A stretch of 64,000 nt of DNA from an uncultured Actinomycetes bacterium (GTDB taxonomy: Bacteria > Actinomycetota > UBA4738 > HRBIN12), in the NCBI GenBank assembly GCA_963777495.1, contig CAVZQM010000001.1:387594-451593 (forward strand), in the 5' to 3' direction. Made by a program: the position numbers and the translations under genes. Positions within the stretch are counted from its first letter, which is position 1, and every line of letters begins with the position of its first letter. Shown here piece by piece: positions 60,588 to 64,000 of the stretch. The notes beneath the pieces were generated by a model. That model searched no databases. It was not told the origin of the DNA and worked only from the letters and a program-made list of their open reading frames with translations.

Positions 60588-62321
60588 CTACGGTGCGGCG
60601 CCGGCCTTCGCCTTCGACGTGCGTGCCTGCTTCACGATGCGCCGGACGTCGGCCGGCCCCAGGCGTTCGCCGCCGTGGTCATCGAGCCAGGAGAAGATCT
60701 CGGGGCGCATCCCGAGCGCGGTGACCCCGATCACGTCGCCGCTGCGCGCCCCCGCGATCATCGTCCGCAACGCGATCAACTCGTCGTTGTACACGGGGAC
60801 GACCTCGACGCCCGCGTCACGTGCTCCCTCGCGGAGCCGTTCGACGATGTCCTCGCCGGAGCGACCCCGGAGGTAGTGGATGAGTTCGGCGATGCCCAGG
60901 TGGTCCGAGCCTACGGCGGCACGGAACGCGAACGCATGGAGGATGCGGTCGGTGCGGTCGCCGGCGGTGCAGATGGCCAGCCACACGTCGCGGCCGTGCC
61001 TGCGGAGTCCGTCCAACACCTCGGTCAGCCCGATCATGCCCGCCTCGTTATGGGCGTAGTCGACCACGACGATGCGGCCGTCGATCCGGAAGAGGTTCGC
61101 GCGTCCCGGATTCCGCTCCGGATCCAGGACGAACGATCTTCAGTCCCGCGACGACCGCTCGCTCGGGCAGGCCGATCGCCAACCCCGCGGCCGCGGCCGC
61201 CATGGCGTTCTGCAGGTTCGGGCGGGAGATGCCGGCGAGCGTGACCGGGATATCCGTGAGTGGACCCAGGGGATGGGTCTCGTGGCGTTCGACCCACGCC
61301 AGGTGGCCGTCCAGGACGGTCATGCCCCTGCCGCCGTCGCCGAGCGCCTCGCGGATCGCCGGGTGGTTGGGGTCGAGCGAGAAGAGCCATGGACGCCCCG
61401 TCGCGTGACGCCGCATCGCGAGCACCCGCGGGTCGTCCGCGTTCAGCACATCCCACCCGTTCGGTCGAGTGATCCGCGTGACCACGCCTTTCACCTCGGC
61501 GAGCTGATCAACGGTGTCGACACCGTGGAGGCCGAGGTGGTCCTCGCTCACGTTCGTCACGACGGCGACGTCGTTGTGCCGCACGCCGACGCCCCGGAGC
61601 AGCATGCCGCCTCGCGCCGTCTCGAGCACGGCGACGTCGGGATCCTGGTGCGAGCGCGCGAGCGGCGCCGCCGAACCCGGAGTAGTCGCCGGCCTCGACC
61701 AGCTGGCCGTCGTCGCGGAACACCCCGTCGGTCGACGAGTACGCGACGGTCTTCCCCGCCGTGCGCACCAGGTGCGCGAGCAACCGGACCGTGGTCGTCT
61801 TCCCGTTGGTGCCGGTCACCTGGACGACCGGAACGTGGGGATCGGGCACGGTCGGCTCGTCTCCGGGATCCACCGCTCGCAGGCGTCGCGCCGGCCTCGG
61901 CGACCAGCCGGTCAGGCGAACGACGCAGCAGCGCGGCCATCCCTGCGGCCACTTCGTTGCCGAGTGCCTCGGCGGCCGCTCGGCGGCGCCAGGGGAACGC
62001 CACCACGATCTGGTCGCGCTCCGGTCCCGGCCGGGCGCGCACCGCCAGCCGGCGAGCGCCGCCGGCAACCGCGATCCGCCGCGTGAGGAACGCGGCGAGA
62101 CGCGCGACCACCCGCCGTCGCTGCTCGCTCTCCGGCGGGCCCGGTCTTGACGTTGCCGGGAACGCCCACCCGGCCGACGATCGTGACGGATCCGGTCGTC
62201 GGATGCCACGCAGCCATCCCGGGACCGCGAGCGTGAGCTTGATCGCCGGTCGTGTGAAGTACAGGTTGGGGCCTTCCAGCACGCGGAGCTCGATCGAGCC
62301 GGACGGCGTCGGCCACGTCAT
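60588..62321 (-). CDS. CphA-like protein: N domain plus Mur-ligase (M) domain, no ATP-grasp domain; several frameshifts
   Basis: ELRVLEGPNLYFTRPAIKLTL; VTGTNGKTTT; ETARGGMLLRG; VTNVSEDHLG; DYAHNEAG; about 577 codons. Confidence 0.82.
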
Positions 62322-62614
62322 GCCTCGGGCGGTTCGGCCACGGACTCGATCGCCCGTGCGAGCGCGATGTCGTGATCGGTCACGCCACCCTCGTCGTGCG
62401 TGGAGAGCGTCACCAACACGCGGTTGTAGTGGTTCTCGAGGTCCGGATGATGCCGGGCCTCGTGCGCCTTCGGCGCCAGCCGGTCGATGAACGCGATCGC
62501 CGACAAGAATCCCTTGAAGACGAATTCCTTCCGGATCGCGCGGCCGTCGAACTCCCACCCGGGAAGGCCGTCATCCAACGCGGTCCGGACGTCGTCGTCG
62601 GAGAGCGTCGTCAT
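62318..62614 (-). CDS. phhB: Pterin-4-alpha-carbinolamine dehydratase
   Basis: HHPDL..YNRV...LSTHDEGGVT..D. Confidence 0.92.
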   Translation of the reverse strand: MTTLSDDDVRTALDDGLPGWEFDGRAIRKEFVFKGFLSAIAFIDRLAPKAHEARHHPDLENHYNRVLVTLSTHDEGGVTDHDIALARAIESVAEPPEA

Positions 62615-63913
62615 GCGCGGAACTGTATGTCAGGTGGCGGGTCGACGCGATAGTGCCGCAGTTCCGGGTAGATGACCGCGACGACGCCCGCGCCCACGAT
62701 GCATGCGAGCCCGCCCGACACGACCGAGATCGTCGGGGTGAACCACGTCGCCACCAGCCCCGCCTCGAAGTCGCCCAGACGTGGACCGCCGGACACCACC
62801 AGGATGAGGATCTGGGACATCCTGCCCCGCAGGCTGTCCGGGGTCTCGAGCTGCATGATCGTGTTCCGGAAGATGGCGGAGATCACGTCGGCAGCGCCCG
62901 CGAGCGCCAGGAAGCACAGCGCCAGGATGAGGTTCGCGCCCACCAGACCGAACGCGGTGATCGCCGAGCCCCACGCGACCACGGCCCAGATGACTGCGGA
63001 CCCTTGCCGCCTGACGTTCTTGACCCAGCCGGCCGTGAGGGCGCCCACGAACGCGCCGAGGGCCGGTGCGGCGAAGAGGAGTCCGACCACCTCCGGTCCC
63101 CGATGGAACTGGGAGATGGCAAGGAACGTGAACAGCGCCTGCGGCATCCCGAAGATCATCGCGATCAGGTCGATGACGAACGTCGACTGGATCAAGCGGT
63201 TCCGTCGAACGAACGCGAATCCCTCCTTGACGGCCGCCCATCCCGTGGCGCTCCCCGGCTCTCGATCGGGCGGCATCGGATGCATCATGAACGCCGCGAG
63301 GAAGAGGGCTCCGTACGTGACGAGGTCGATCGCGTACGCCGCGCCGAAACCGACCTTCGCCGATCAGGAGACCGCCGACGCCCGAGCCGACGATCCCGAC
63401 CGTCTGCCAGAGCACCTGGTTGAGCGCGACCGCGGACGGCATCAGCGTCTTCCCGACGAGCCGCGGCGTCATCGCCGCTCGGGTCGGGGAATCGACGGAG
63501 CTCACGAACGCATGGAGCGCGCTCGCCAGGTAGATCAGCCAGACGGGCGGGTGCCCGTGGATGGCCCCACCGAGCAGGATCGCCGAGCTGATCGTATGCG
63601 CCACCTGCGCCCACATGAGCGTCCGGCGACGATCGTGCGCGTCGATGAACGAGCCGCCCACCAGCGTGCCGACGAAGATCCCGAACAGCCCGAAGAGTCC
63701 CACCATCCCGACGGCCGCGGCCGAGCCGGTGAGTTCGGTGACCTGGACGTAGATCGCGATCCGCGCGAACTGCGACCCGAGCTCGGAGAGGAAGCCTCCG
63801 CCCCACAACAGGCGGAAATCACGCGAGACCCTGAGCGGCGTGACGTCGAGCGCGATCCGGCGAAGCCGCGAACGAGGCGGGTTCGGGTCGTCGGGCGTTC
63901 CGGCGGGCGTCAC
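62611..63913 (-). CDS. MFS transporter (EntS/MFS_3-like); frameshift near 63350
   Basis: LRVSRDFRLLW, DAHDRR, MIFGMPQALF, TPDSLRGR, GGPRLGD. Confidence 0.9.
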
Positions 63914-64000
63914 CCCGGGACGGTAGCAATCGCAAGGAGTCGGATCGCGGGGCGAGAGACGACGCTAGCCCGTCGCGGCCCCGATCGCCTCGTCCAGCAC

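Noticed and set aside
1-64000. CRISPR arrays, tRNA/rRNA/tmRNA, IS elements or prophage
   Set aside because: I saw no regularly spaced repeats, T-loop/CCA signatures, transposase, integrase or phage structural genes.

Overview
High-GC chromosomal segment, most likely from a deep-branching actinomycete (inferred from gene content, an MSMEG_4193/DUF3090/SCO1664 cluster, Streptomyces-type PHO boxes and many leaderless TANNNT promoters). Many genes are split by single-base frameshifts, probably long-read indel errors, so several coordinates are reconstructed across frames. I found no tRNA, rRNA, CRISPR array or mobile element. Main content: typA, aac(2')-like, ppc, ppiA, bcp, three orphan NarL/LuxR regulators ahead of a Flp/Tad pilus locus, pheA, an ECF42-type sigma/YciI pair, a Pho region (SenX3-like kinase, pstSCAB-phoU, RegX3-like regulator), corA, ispH, an MgtE-like/PhoU-RCK_C/RAM operon, and a block combining cyanophycin (cphB-cphA) and trehalose (GH15, otsB, otsA) genes. 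Most notable: (1) a second CphA-like protein with N and Mur-ligase domains but no ATP-grasp domain; (2) a HAD phosphatase fused to a FAM151/Menorin-like phosphodiesterase domain beside the Pho operon; (3) a promoter-driven, highly structured leader of about 265 nt before a lytic transglycosylase gene; (4) one canonical plus two pseudo-receiver LuxR regulators before the Tad locus; (5) a very small sortase-type substrate.
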